DNA of 64,000 nt from Octopus vulgaris (Eukaryota): contig OX597818.1 in the NCBI GenBank assembly GCA_951406725.2, positions 85,436,001-85,500,000 of the forward strand. Reading direction: 5' to 3'. This document shows, in pieces, positions 10,800 to 24,643 of the stretch. Below the pieces are notes generated by a model, which searched no databases, was not told the origin of the DNA, and worked only from the letters and a program-made list of their open reading frames with translations. A program made the translations under genes and the position numbers. How positions within the stretch are numbered: the first letter of the stretch is position 1; each line of letters begins with the position of its first letter.

Positions 10800-12567
10800 C
10801 ACACACACTCACACTGATTCATACATACAAACACACTTTTATATTGATTGCACAAAAGAGACATTAATTAGAAAGATCACATGTACATTTATCAGCCTTC
10901 ACGGTGTTAATTATATAGAACGCTATCTAGCAGAATTGGTGGGGCATCAGACAGTATACCTTGTAGTGCTCATTCAGTTGTACTCCTTTACATTCTGATC
11001 TTAAATCCCTCCCTGTCTAGGTCAACTTTGCCTTTCATTTTTCCAGTGTAGATAAAATAAAAATAAAATTAAAAAAATATAATAGAATAACATAAAATAC
11101 CAATCAAGTCTTGTTGTTGATATCAGACAAGTAGAAAACAAACAAACAAAAATCCTATAATTCATGCTTTAATCAATATACACATGTATAGGTATGTATG
11201 TACTTAAGTATGTTTATATAGGTATATGTATCCCTCTTTTACATGTGTGTGTATATATGTGCATGTGAGAAAGAGACAGAGTTAGAAGGAAATAGAGAGG
11301 GAGTGAGGGAGAATGTATGTGTAATTATATCAATTCTTGTATAAAGCTCCCATCACCATCACCTGAAGTATATAACATTGTGTGAGAAATCCTTCAGTGA
11401 TGTTTTATTGGTGATCAAGGTTTCGCCATTAACAAAAATACATTTATGCATTCTAGCAGCAAATCTTTAAACCACATTCTTCCATTCTTTCCCATTGATT
11501 AACCAAGAATGGGCAGGAAAGGAAGGTTGGTTGGTTGGTTGGGTGGGCGGGTGGTGGTGGTTAATAGTGGTGGTGAGGTTTCGCATCATCAATAACAGGG
11601 GTGGGGGGAGAGTGATGGAGTGCATGCATGTGCACTATGCACATGTATGTGTGTGCGTTGTGTGTGTCAAAAATCATGCTTTCTTCTCCCCTAACACTAG
11701 CACTTGTACGGGGATGGGTGGGGAATGGGAATGTCTACTTTCTTACATGGGGTCGGCTCCCTTACTCCGCTCCGCCTTCCCTTCAACGTAACCCTCTACT
11801 CTCACCTCCTCCCCTTCTTATTGAAACTAAACTACCCATTCTTCTTAGGACCCATCCTTTGCATGAAAATCCATCATTCACTTTATATGCCCCACCCCTC
11901 ACCACCCTCCATCTGATTTATGTAGTAATGGTGGTGGTGGTGGTGGTGGTGGTAATGTATTGTTGCTGTTTTGGTACTTTTGTTGTTGTTGTGGTGGTGG
12001 TGGTCATGTTAGCTGTGGCTATAATAATAGTAGCTGTTTTTGTTAGTGGTAGTGTTGGTGAAGCTAGTAGTAGTAATAGTACTAGTAACCGTGATGGTTG
12101 CTCTTGTTTAACTCCAAGTCTATCCTGTTTGAGTATACCTAGGATCATAGGTACTGCAGCCATAGCACTCCTGTTTATTTATATGTGTGTGTGTTGTGTG
12201 TGTGCATGTAAAAAAAAAAAAGACTACAATGTGCTTTTTTTTGTTTTTGGTCTTGTTTTTAAAGATGGTAGAGTATGATTTGAATGATGTGTAGCTGCTA
12301 TTTCTAGCACATCGATTAACTACATAGCTTCTCTCAAACTCATGAGGGTTAGAAGTAGTGGCAGTGGCTATTATTAGTTGTAGTCATAGGTGGTGGCTGT
12401 TGTAATACTAGTGGTCATAGTGAGGCCAAATTGGTGTCAGTAGTGGTGGTCATTAGTAGTAGTAGTGTGGTGGTTGTTCAACCCAGACATAGCAGATCAA
12501 TGATCAAAGTAATTCCAACCATGGCTGTCCTGTTTAAAACATTCTACCCTTGGCTGTCCAGCCTGAT

Positions 12568-12940
12568 GCAGATATGGCTGTGGGAGTTAGACACTTGCTT
12601 CCCAACCATGTGGTCTTGGGTTCAGTCCCACTGTGCAGCACCTTGGGCAAGTGTCTTCTAGTATAGCCTTGTGCTAACCAAAGCCTAGTACTTGGATTAG
12701 GTGGAGGGGAAACTGAAAGAAGCCTGTTGTATATATGTAAGTTCCTGTCCTCCTTCCCACTTGCATTGCTTGACAACCAGTGCTGGTTTGTTTGCATCCT
12801 TGTACCTTAGTAGCTTGGCAAAAGAATAAGTGCCTCATTATGAAAAATATTTACTGGGATTGATTAGTTTGACTTAAAACCCTTCAAGGCAGTGCCCCAG
12901 AATGGCCACACTCCAAAGACTGAAACAAGTAAAAGATATA
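12568..12940 (+). mobile_element. SINE-A, full length
   Basis: A box tggctgtggg, B box ggttcagtcc, ccttgggcaagtgtc, tail gactgaaacaagtaaaaga. Confidence 0.85.
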
Positions 12941-13299
12941 AAGTAAAATATATCCAGGATAACATTATTTATTACCGACCTTCCTTTTTTTTTCCAAGGC
13001 ATAATATAATTTAAGGGAGATTTAGCTACTATTTTTAGCACACTGGTTGAGTATGTTGAGAGAGATCTCCCACATTGATAGTGATTGATGTGGTGATCTC
13101 ATTGATTTGATTTAGTTATAGATACAGTTTCTTTCAGCCAGGAATACAGCATCACTGAAAAATATGTAGCAAGATAGAAAAGGAAGTTTTGTGTTGTATC
13201 AAGTTTTTTTATTGTGGTATGGGGTTATTTAAGGAAGCAACCAAAGCATTTCTAAGGGAATGGTGTCTGGAAGTGTTGCTTATCTTGATAAATACATAA

Positions 13300-13776
13300 T
13301 GTGTTATACATGTGTATGTATATGTATGTTTGGGTGTTGTGTATATTTACATACAAACATATGTATGTGTATATGTGTATGTGCGTGTATGTATATATAT
13401 ACATATGTATATGATATGCATGTATATGTGCGTCTATATATGAGTGTGTATGTATATGTGTATTTATGTGTGCATATGTGTGTGTGGGTGTATGTATATA
13501 TATATACACACACACATATATATACACACACACTTGTTAGATCATGTACTTTGGTTGTGACTAGCTTAAGAGTGTGTGTGTGTATATATATATGTATATA
13601 TATATATGTGTATATATATATATATGTGTATATATATATATGTGTATATATATGTGTATATATATATATGTGTATATATATGTGTATATATATATATATG
13701 TGTATATATATGTATATATATATATGTATATATATGTATGTATATATGTATATATATGTATATATATATGTATATA

Positions 13777-13841
<65 letters not shown>

Positions 13842-13870
13842 TCGCGCGCATGTACGTATGTATATGTTGT
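13300..13870. repeat. Compound (ta)/(tg)/(ca) microsatellite
   Basis: Read directly. Confidence 0.95.
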
Positions 13871-14682
13871 ATGAAGTGTTGCAGAAAGGATAAAGAGCAG
13901 GAGGGGATGGAGAAGGAGGGGTCGTATGGTGGTGGGTGTGAGCTCCTCCTCTTTCTTGCTGCCCCAGTTGTCGGTGTGCGTGGGTGGGGGGTGGGGTGGA
14001 GTGTCCGTGAATATGTGATGGATTCTTTTTTCCCTACATGTTGCTGATATATGGCAGCAGGAGGGGTGGGGTAGGGGTCGAGGAAAGGGTAAAAATAGAG
14101 AAGGGCTTGGAATGGTCTCCTCTGGCATCAGTGGTGATGATCGCTGGGATGTGTATTGGGGGAGGGGGGTGCAAGGGAGGTGCAGAAATCAGGCACTGGC
14201 TGGAGGGGGGGGGGGGGGCGATGTTCTTGTTTGGTATTGTATGTATGTGGCAGTAAAGAGTGAGATTGTGTGTGTGTGTGTGTTAAGGGAGGTAGGAGTT
14301 ATTGGAACTTATTACTCATTCTTATTATTGATCAGATCTGTCTTGAAGATATCTTGTATGGTGGTGATGGTAGTGATAAAGGTTTGCGTTTGGCTGTGAT
14401 GATTTGGTTACAGTAGAGGCAGCAGAAGCATTGGCGGCATCTTTGGGATGGGTGGTGTTGTCGGTTGCTATCGAAAGAACAAATAAATAAATAAATGAAT
14501 ATCAGAGAGGAAGGAACCTGTTGTTATTTCTTCACCGGTCTTTCTTGTAACTTCAAACATGGCTTCTATTTTTTATAATATACCATCTAACAACAGAACA
14601 AGTTAATTGATGCATGCATGTATTTCACAGCTTCCTAATTAATTATTTTTTTGATTAATGTTAAAAGTTTTGGCTTTCATCT

Positions 14683-14996
14683 TTTTTTTACTTGTATTAA
14701 TCATTGGCATTTGGCTATGCTGGGGTACCAACTTGAAGGGCTTTAGTCAAACAAACCGACCCCAGCACTTACATTTTTTATGTTTGCTTATTTTTTTTTT
14801 TTAGTCTGGTGCTTATTTTAATGATCTGTTTTGTTGAACCACTAAGTTACTGAGCTGTAAACAAACCAACACAGGCTGTTTGCAGTGATAGCAAGATCAG
14901 CAAAATTCTTGTGAGTGGATTTAGCAGACGAAAACCGAAAGAAGCCCGTGTGTGTGTGTGTGTATGTATGTATGTCTCTCTCTCTCTCTCTCTCTC

Positions 14997-15056
<60 letters not shown>

Positions 15057-15277
15057 TGTATATTTTTGTGTCGGTTTGTCCCTATATCTTGACAACTGGT
15101 GTTGGTGTGTTTATGTCCCCACAATTTAGTGGTTTCGTAAAAGATACCAATGGATTAAGTACCAGATTTTACAAAAATTAATTATTGTTGGGGTCAATTC
15201 CTTTTGACTAAAATTCTTCAAGGCAGTGCCCCAACATGGTTGCAATCCAATGACTGAAACAAGTAAAAGATAAAAGA
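14683..15277. mobile_element. Two SINE-A pieces in opposite orientation (3' half minus 14683-14880; 5'-truncated plus 14908-15277)
   Basis: Both match SINE-A consensus blocks on opposite strands. Confidence 0.78.
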
Positions 15278-15319
15278 TATATGATGGACTCACCTGTTGA
15301 AAACAATGTTTTTAGCCAA

Positions 15320-15562
15320 ATTACCTGTGCAAATGATTTGTTTATAGTGATCTTATGTGTGTGTTGTACATCAGCTCACACCTCCATCAAATCAACCTTG
15401 TTTGAACCAGTTTTCAGTGTACCATATGTCAGGTGTTGAAGTGATTGCAGAGCAGTGTGAAATGAAGTGTTTTGCTCAATAACACAACACACCACCTGGT
15501 CCAGGAATTGAAACCACGATCTTGTAATCATGAGTACAACACCCTAACCATTAGGCCATGTG
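15320..15562 (-). mobile_element. CORE-like tRNA SINE (SINE-C-related head, different tail)
   Basis: Minus strand reads tggcctaatggttagggtg...ggtttcaattcc...gtgttattgagcaaaacactt. Confidence 0.65.
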
Positions 15563-15862
15563 CTCTCTGTCTCCCTCTCTTTCTCATACACACACACATA
15601 TTTGTTAAGAGAGAAAGAATCCTTGGTAGGATAAAGAATTGGAGTGTTTCCATTGCAGTACTCAACCTGAATTCATGCCTATTTACACTAGAGTCTTAAG
15701 GAAGATTGAAATTCCACAGATGAAGAAAATTCAGGTATATCACCTGTAAATATTTCACATGAAATTATTTATATGCAATGGCATTGACATAAGGTGTTAC
15801 TGAAACATTTCTAACTAATTATAAAGACATGCTAAATTCATTTTTTGTCTTCTTAAATGAAT

Positions 15863-15925
<63 letters not shown>

Positions 15926-16447
15926 ATTATGCACACACACATGCACAATAAGCTTCCACACTGTTTTATCTACTAAATTCACCCACAACACTAATTGGCT
16001 TAGGGCTACATAGTAGAAGACACTTGCCCAAGGTATCACACACTAGGACTGAACCAGAGACCATCTCAACCACACCATTTTCTAAATGGCTTAAAATACA
16101 CAGAAACTAATAATTTAGACATATTGAGTGTAGTACAGAATTAGCTGACATCCGAAATATATATTTTGTATATTCTCTCAGTATGTGACAGTTCTATATT
16201 CAAAATCACACCAAGAATTAATATCAACCTACATCTACCACTCCCACCAGAAGTATAAAATATCTTAAGGAGTAAGTTATTTGACCTATTAGTAAGTTTT
16301 AAATTAACTGCTGTTTCTAGCTGACCGATTAATCATGTAGTTGCCCCACCCCATCTCATGATTGCTTGTTTCTGGGATGGGTGGTTTATGTTACATAATT
16401 TTAGTTACTGTGATGAGAATATGTTAGATCATTTAATTTTTATCGTT

Positions 16448-16790
16448 TATCTTTTACTTGTTTCAGTCATTGGACTGCAATCATACTGAGGCACCACTTT
16501 AGGGGATTTTTTTTTTTTTTTTTTTCTTTAGTTAAATGAAACCTCCTAGTGCTTATTTTTTGAAAACAAGGTACATGTTCTATCATTTTCCTTTGCTGAA
16601 TCACTAAGTTACAGGGACATATATTTGTACACACACACACACACTTCTTTTAGTTTCCATCTACCAAATTCACTCTCATGCTTTGGTCAGCCTGGGGCTA
16701 TAGTTGCCCTTGGTTCCAAACAATAGGATTGAACCCAAGACCACATTGTTGGAAAGCAAGCTTCTTTACCACACAACCATACCTATACCT
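16448..16790 (-). mobile_element. SINE-A, degenerate
   Basis: Tail cttttacttgtttcagtcatt through head ttaccacacaacca. Confidence 0.78.
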
Positions 16791-18163
16791 ATATTTATAC
16801 ATGTGCTACATAGATATAAGGAAATATTGCCTTGCTTGAAAACAAGTAAGGGCATTTGGCTCATAGAAAATCTGCCTCGACAAATTCTATCTGACACCTC
16901 CATCTGACAAACTGAACATTAAATGATGATGATGATGATGTTAAAAATCAGTCCTGTCTGTAGCTGGACACTTATGTGCTGCCCCTGTGGATCATCATCA
17001 TCCTTTAATGCCCATTTTGTATGCTGGCATGGGTTGGTTTGACAGGATGTCATTGGTCCAAGGACTACATTTTGAATCATATTTTAGTATTTAGTTTGGC
17101 ATGGATTCCACAGTCAAAAGCCCTTCCTTATGCCAACCACTTTACAGTGTATACACAGTGTTTTGTATTTTTTCTTCCATGACCCCATCTCTAGAGAAGT
17201 CACCAAGTAGTTTGCAAAACCTTAAAAAATTAACTCTTTACTGAGTTGGGCTATAGTTGACCTTGTGCCAGTGGAGACCTCCTGCATTCTCAGCCCCTGG
17301 TGCATATCCCTGCTCACCATTATTGGAGCAGAGATGGCTATCTGCAAGTACAAGCCCCATGAGTCAAAGTGATTGTTCCATCACATCTTCCTCACTATCC
17401 TCCAGGGGAGTGCCTTTTCCATTTTGTCTGCTGGGACCATGAGGCATTCTGAATTACAGGAAATTGAGAGTGTGTAAGAATATTGCAACTTACAGCACAA
17501 ACAATAAACTCACACAAATATATACAAAGGACAGTGAAACAAGCAGCCACTCACAGACAGACCAATCATAATTTTCCTTTCATTCCCTTGGTACAGTGAT
17601 GGGAGGCTAAAGTGTGAAACCCTAGATGTAAGACTAGTTCAGTTAAAATAGCAAAAGCAATTTATAAACCCAAATTTAAGAAGATATTTTATAAGCTAAT
17701 TAACCCTTTAACTGTGAAATTGAATTTTATGGTCATTCCAGCTATGATGTTAAATATCTACCAAAAATAGAATTGGCATTTTATGCAAGTCACGTTGTCT
17801 CAATAAACTTGACATATTTCAGCAGAAAATAGTTTCAAGCATGATAGCGTCAACAAAGGTTAGATTGGTATATAAAATTGCTCTCCACAGTTAAGAGTGA
17901 TGAAATTTTGATTGGCTATATCTGCTTCCTACTGTAAAAGCGTTAAAGAACATAGTCACATAGTAACTGATAGATATGTAGTTTTAACTGATTTCATGGA
18001 CTTGTTGCTCTTTGCCTCTCAGCTTGGGCCTTATAATTGTCTATTATTATTTGGATAAAATGAATTTGAGCAATTATATTCATAACTAAGCATAGTTGTT
18101 ATTTTAACTACAGATACTTACTCATATGTATGTATGTGTGTATGTATGTATGTACATATGTAT

Positions 18164-18205
<42 letters not shown>

Positions 18206-18219
18206 TAGAGAGAGAGATA

Positions 18220-18408
18220 GGGAGAATTCATAAAAAACCAAAGACAAAGACATGTAGGTGTAGTTAACAAACAGATGTATTAGTATAACGCTTGGAAAGT
18301 GAAAAAGTCTTTAATGTTTCGAGCCTATGCTCTTCCACAGAAAGGAACACAGAAAGAAACAAGGAGAGAAAATAAAGAATGTATAGTGGCTAGCGATTTA
18401 TCATGGCA
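18220..18408 (-). mobile_element. Possible Penelope-like element terminal fragment in a (ta)n tract
   Basis: Hammerhead-like motif at 18316-18340 (-) and insertion in a TA microsatellite; similar layout at 51170-51345. Classification is inferred. Confidence 0.45.
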
Positions 18409-18648
18409 AATATATTAACCGCATATATATTAACTGCAAATATATATATATAGGAATATACATACATTAACACAAATTATCATGAAAGTCCAAGATACTA
18501 AATTTATGTTTAAAAACTTTAAGGTGTGTGTATATTTCATAAATACACACACATGTAACACATACGCATGTGTGGAGAATAGATGTTAAATGATGATATA
18601 TGCACATATACATATAATATATAAACATATACATATATATTTATACAT

Positions 18649-18695
<47 letters not shown>

Positions 18696-18714
18696 TTCAC
18701 ACACACACACAGAC

Positions 18715-18752
<38 letters not shown>

Positions 18753-20797
18753 TCATATATATACATGGTTTGGAATTCAGCCCCAATGGATGGAACATTG
18801 GGCAAGTGTCTTCAACAAAGCCCAGGGTCAATATAAATATATGTGTGTATAATACATATGTATGTATTTACACACACAGTGAAGCCTGGTATAGTCTGCT
18901 GCCTATCCAGCCCCTATCAAAGTGTCCAACCCATGCCAGCAAGGAAAACAAATGTTAAATGATGATGCTGATGATGATGGTGACACCTACTCCCATGTGT
19001 TCATGTTATCTAGTGCTATGTGAATGCATACAGAAAGCAGATGAAGTTTTTTTCATTACTTCTTTCCCCATTATCCCTGATTCCAAAGGGATCACTCCAA
19101 ATTCCAAACCCAACACACACACACATACACACACACAACCACCATCCATACAATAAAGTGCGCACACACACCATTTCTTTACTTATATCACCTCAAACCA
19201 CTTTATTGTATGTAGAACAAAAAAAGTTACCAAATGAATTATAAAGCAAATGATGGGGAAGGAAGACTAAAATGTTGGGCGGGAGAGGTGTTTATAAAAA
19301 AAATTCTTATCTGGAGAACATAATGGTTTTGTATAGGAGGAGTATCAGAGAGGAAAAACAGGATTCTGCGAAAGGGTGGTGAGGAGATAATCCATCTTTA
19401 AGTATAAGGGCACCAATATCATTACCAGAACATCTCTCCAAGGACAACATAACAAGTCTAACACATTACATTACATCTACATATCTTTCAGAAGAGGAAA
19501 ACACAGGAAGGATAGTAACAGTGTCGGAATGGTGGTGGTGACAGTGGGAGGACAACAGTGGTGATGGTGGTGGGAAATAAACACTGGCAAAAGACAATGG
19601 TGGGGGACTGTGGCGATGATGATGATGATGATGTATGTAGGGGAGTCAGTGAAATGAATGTAGCTTGGATGGAAGCGGGGGTCAGTGGACAGGATATTAC
19701 AAATGATCCTAAGGGAGTGAGCTCTTCTTCTTCAGCCAGTAGACAGTAATAGTAGCCAACCAACCTATAATTGCTTAACCGCCCTTAAAGAACAAGGGGC
19801 ATTGGTTGTGTAGGAGATGATGGGCAGGGACATTGGTTGGCTTGTATAGGGGCAGAGAACTGGACTAATAGGCAATATTATAAGATATGATACAAGTTCA
19901 GTGACAGGCAGACAAAAAAAGAAAACAGAAAAGGAAAAGAAAAGAACCCCAGATTCTATGGATGAATTTGGTGAAAAGGTAAGTTGCAGGGATGGGAAGT
20001 GGGGTAAGAATGACAAATGATCAATTGACTGGGTTAGTTTAGGGACAGATAGAAAAATAGAGGAGCATCCAACCCACACAGCACTGCCTACTCTTGCACT
20101 GGTCACTGCTGTCCATCAGGCAGACAGAGAGAAAGAGAGAGAAAGAAACTGGGAGAATGAGAAGTAGAGGCAGGTAAGCATGTAGTGGACTACACTTGAC
20201 AAATGACTGGGTTACCACACACACTAAGACAACACAAGAGTCACTAACCACACTGTAAGATACAAGATTCTGCATTGAACATACACACAAAACGTTAGCT
20301 CGCGCACGCGTGTGTGAGAGAGAGAGAGAGAGAGAAGTCCAAGCAAGCTGTGGACACGAGTGACAAATGATAGAGATACTTTGGTTGGTAGGAATTGATT
20401 TTGAAAGAGGACAAATTACAAACGAAAGAGTGGGGATGGTGGTGGTGGTTGGTGGTTGGGGGTAAAGGTGGTGGTAACACATGGAATGTAAGAACATTTA
20501 TTCTGAAGGGAATTTAATATAATGGTTTCTTATTCCCTATATATGACCACCAGCACCTACCTATACCACCACCACCATCCACCACCTGTATCACTACCAA
20601 CACCACCACTGTATCACCAGTGCAACTAATCTCACCCTCCCTCCAGCCTCACAGGGAAAACACTATGAGACAAGAAATGAGAGAGAGAGAGAGAGAGAGA
20701 GAGATAGAAGGGTAACATAAGGCAATTGTGCCTTTCTACGTAGAAATTCACAAATCTAATGCAAAGTTGGATTGAAATTAAGGGTTCCTACAGGAGT

Positions 20798-21009
20798 TTA
20801 ATGCTTTTGATACCAACCTGTTTGAGACTGGCCCCTGGTTCTCTGATACATGCTTCCTGTTTTGAAGTAATCTGCATTAAAACTTTCTGTCAAAATTCTA
20901 TATTAATTTGTGTTCCCAAACACCAGTTCCATAAATTCTTAATTATTTTCAAAATTAATTGAAACCGATGCAATGTGTTTCAACAGAAATATGGTAACAA
21001 AATGGTTAA
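20798..21009. mobile_element. piggyBac-like MITE-2
   Basis: ttaatgcttttgatacc...gtaacaaaatggttaa, TTAA-bounded; homologous to 22130-22358 and 48128-48351. Confidence 0.72.
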
Positions 21010-21149
21010 ATACTAACTCATGAAATCCAGAGGCTCAACTAGCTGAGAACTTGCTACCATTAGAACACATTATGCCATTGTATTTTTATTCTTTTTGTTT
21101 TGCTTTTTATCAAAGATTTTTTTAATGGGGCAAAGCCATGCATTTTCAA

Positions 21150-21345
21150 GTAGGAGATATAGCTGATTATATTGATCCCCAGGATATGGCGAGTACATAT
21201 TTTACCTCCATTTCAGGTATGGAATATATGGATTATATTTATCCCCAGTATATGGCTGGTACATATTTTACCTGAATTTTTAGGTAGGGGATATAGACGA
21301 TTATATTGATCCTCAGGATATTGCTGGTACATATTTTACCATTTC
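21150..21345. repeat. Three tandem ~67-bp units derived from SINE-B (minus)
   Basis: gattatatt[g/t]atcc.cag.atat.g...gtacatattttacc repeated three times. Confidence 0.85.
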
Positions 21346-22048
21346 TAAAAGGATCAGAAATAAAATAAGACTCAGTGAGATTGTAATAAAAGGCATTTTA
21401 TCTGGTGTATGTATTCTTTCACAAGGTATTGGCCACCCTAAGGGAGGAAGCTATACTAGAAGACATATGGCAGTGGAAAAATATTATTTAAATTCAAAAT
21501 TTTAAAAACTTAAGAAAATCCATTCTCATCTGCTGCTTGGTAATGTAAATAAATATCATAGACTTAATTGTCCTGACACATTATTGTAGTATTAGTAGGG
21601 TATAAATTAAGATACAATTACTTTAGACAAATACAGGTATATCAAATAACATATAACATAAATTCTTTGTTAAAATTATCTCCATCTCTAGAGGATGCAT
21701 TGTAATTACCAAACACAATTAAGACCAGACTGCTTGAAAAGAGGAAATAATCTCTTTTTGTTTGAAACACATACTATCCAGACCATAAATTAGTCTACTA
21801 GATGATAGCTATTGAACTAGAAACCTGTGTCTACAACTATTCTCTTTGTAGACATTATGTCAGTCCTTTTCCTTCGTGGCATATCACTTTTGGAGAATTC
21901 TTGAAACCTGAGATTATCTCCCCTTCTGAAGTGACCCTCATCTCAGTTGTCATTTGATAATTGTGATAGATTGTCTAGAGGTGAAGATAATTTTAATAAA
22001 TCACAAATTTTGTTGTAAAGTATTTGATACACCTGTATTCATCTATGT

Positions 22049-22529
22049 CAGTGGTTCTCAACAATGTTTTGCTTGTGGATCCCTTTGATTCCTATTTTAT
22101 TCTACTAGACTGCCATAGACATTCAATGTTTAACCCTTTTGATACCAACTCACCTGAAACCATCTCTGGCTCTGCAGCACAAATGTCTTGTTTTCAAAAG
22201 TTCTGAATTAAAATCTTCCACCAAATCTTAGTCACAATTTATGTCCCTAACACTAGCTTAATGATAACTAAATTATTTTACTAAATTCTTTGTTATATTT
22301 AAAATTAATTGAAAGAAACACAGAGTATCCCAACAGAAATATAATTACAAAAGGGTTATAAAATCTTATAATTTTTATAATTGAATATTATTAGGAATTG
22401 TATAAAAAAAATGGTTAAAGTATTTTTGTGTATTGTAGAAGTATGATCAATTTATTGCACATAAACTTTAACAACAAAATTTCCTGTGAATCCCACAAGG
22501 GCCATATGGACCCCAGTTAAGAACTACTG
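22049..22529. mobile_element. hAT-type MITE with nested piggyBac-like MITE-2 (22130-22358)
   Basis: TIRs cagtggttctcaac / gttaagaactactg; 8-bp TSD atctatgt / atctgtgt; insert runs ttaacccttttgata...acaaaagggttat. Confidence 0.88.
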
Positions 22530-22971
22530 ATCTGTGTTGTTAAGATAAATACCACTGACCACTCTGAGTTATTTCTCTTAACTTAGTTTGTTTAAATTTT
22601 ACTTAGTTCTTCATTACTCACTGGAGTGAGCCAGTCATATATGTTTCAATAAACACAGGCAAATACACCGATCGATCTGTCTCTTTTCACTCACACCTAT
22701 TCTCATGTGTTCATCCTTACAAACTCACTCATTCTTGCACATTTTCACCCTTACCTTCTCACATATTCATCTTTAGATATTCTCTCAAGATATTCTCACA
22801 TACACACTTAATCTCTCAGGTCAATCCTCACTCAAGATACCCTTCTACTCACACTCATACTCTCACATGATCATCCTCACTGAAAACACTCTCACATTCA
22901 CAAAATCAAACTCATTCTCACACTCTTATCCTCACTCAAGGCACTCTCAAACTCACAATTTTTTTTTATGG

Positions 22972-23224
22972 TAGTGTTTTTCAACCACTTTTTCTCAATG
23001 GACCCTTTTGATTCCTATTTTAATAGGGTGGAACCTCATAGCCATTTGATATTTTAAAAACTCCCATTATATTTTATAATTAAATATTATTAGGAATTGT
23101 ATAAAAAATTGTTAAACTATTTTGTGTATTGTACAAGTATAACCAGTTTATTGCTGATAAATTTTAACAAAAAATTCTTGTATGGATCCCTAAGGGTCAT
23201 ATGGACCCCAGTTGAGAACCACAG
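22972..23224. mobile_element. hAT-type MITE, uninterrupted copy (253 bp)
   Basis: TIRs tagtgtttttcaac / gttgagaaccacag; TSD ttttatgg / gtttatgg. Confidence 0.85.
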
Positions 23225-23977
23225 GTTTATGGTAACAATTACTTCTCTCTTCCTCTCTTTGTCTCCTCCTTTTCTCTTTCCCTCCCTTGTCTTCTCCTTC
23301 CTCTTCCATTTTCTCTCTCCAGTTCCCCTTTTCTTTCTTTCAGTTTCTTATTCTCTCTTCCTCTTTCCAACTAATTTGTTTTTCCTTTCTATTTCAGTCT
23401 TTCTTTTACCCCGACTCTGTTTCTTTCTTTTCTCTCTTCTTCATTTTATATAAAGTCAGTTTGCTACACTACAGCTCCACTTCCCATCATTCACTCATTC
23501 CATCACATCAGTTTCTGCTGACAACAACAACAAACAAACACTAACTATTTCTGCTATGATGACTCATCCAACCTATCCATTCATCCAGTCACTGCACCAT
23601 TCCAGCATCCATCCATCCATCCATCCAACCATCCATCTTCTAATGGTGGTGGTAGTAGTAGTAATAGTAGTTGTAGTAGTAGCGATGGCGGTAGTGGTAG
23701 TGAAGGTGGTGGAAAGTGTTGTGTACTGTAGTATATAAAAGATGGGGAGGTGAGGTGATGTGGGGCTAGAGTGGGGGTGGTATGAACTCCTCGCACTCCA
23801 CCCCATCACTCTTAAGAAGAGCAAAGGAAAGCCTTCAGCAAGTAACCTCTCTCTCTCTCCCCTTATAGCACCTACCCTATCTCCTTCCATGCTATTGCTT
23901 TAACCAGTCTGCCTGTTACCACCACCACCATCATACTGCTTAATAATGATGATGTTAATGATAATAATAATAATTAT

Positions 23978-24643
23978 AATCCTTTCTACTAAAGGCACAA
24001 GGCCTGAAATTTTTGGGGAGGCAACTAGTTGATTACATCGACCCCAGTCCTCAACTGGTACACATTATATCGACCCTGAAAGATCCTAAGATGACCTTGG
24101 CAGAATTTGAACTCACAACATGAAAACATACAAAATGCTGCTAAGCATTTTGCCTGGCATGTTAATGATTCTGCCAGCTCATCACCTTTGTCATAATAAT
24201 AATAATTCTTTCTACTATAGACACAAATTTGTGGGGAGGGGGTAGTCAATTACATCAACCCCAGTACTTGACTGGTACTTAATCTGTCAACCCCAAAATG
24301 ATGAAAGGTAAAGTTGACCTTGATGGAATTTGAACTTAGAACATAGCACTAGATGAAATACCACTAAGCTTTTTGCCAGCGAATATTAATAATAATGATG
24401 ATGATAATAATAATAGTAATAATAATAATCCTATCTACTATAGGCACAAGGCCTGAAATTGTAGGGGAAGCAGGGAGGCTAGTCGATTACATTGACCTCA
24501 GTGTTTCACTGGTACTTAATTTATCGACTCCAAAAGGATGAAAAGCAGTCAACCTCAGCAAGATTTGAGCTCTGCATTTAACACCAGAGAAAATAATACT
24601 AAACATTTTGTCTGGTATGCTAGATTCTACCAGCTTGTCAACT
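23978..24643 (-). mobile_element. Three head-to-tail SINE-B copies separated by (aat)n
   Basis: Copies at about 23978-24188, 24207-24380 and 24428-24643. Confidence 0.85.

Noticed and set aside
17700-17946. Additional TTAA-bounded piggyBac-like MITE
   Set aside because: Only about 8 of 11 terminal bases match and no second copy was seen in the window.
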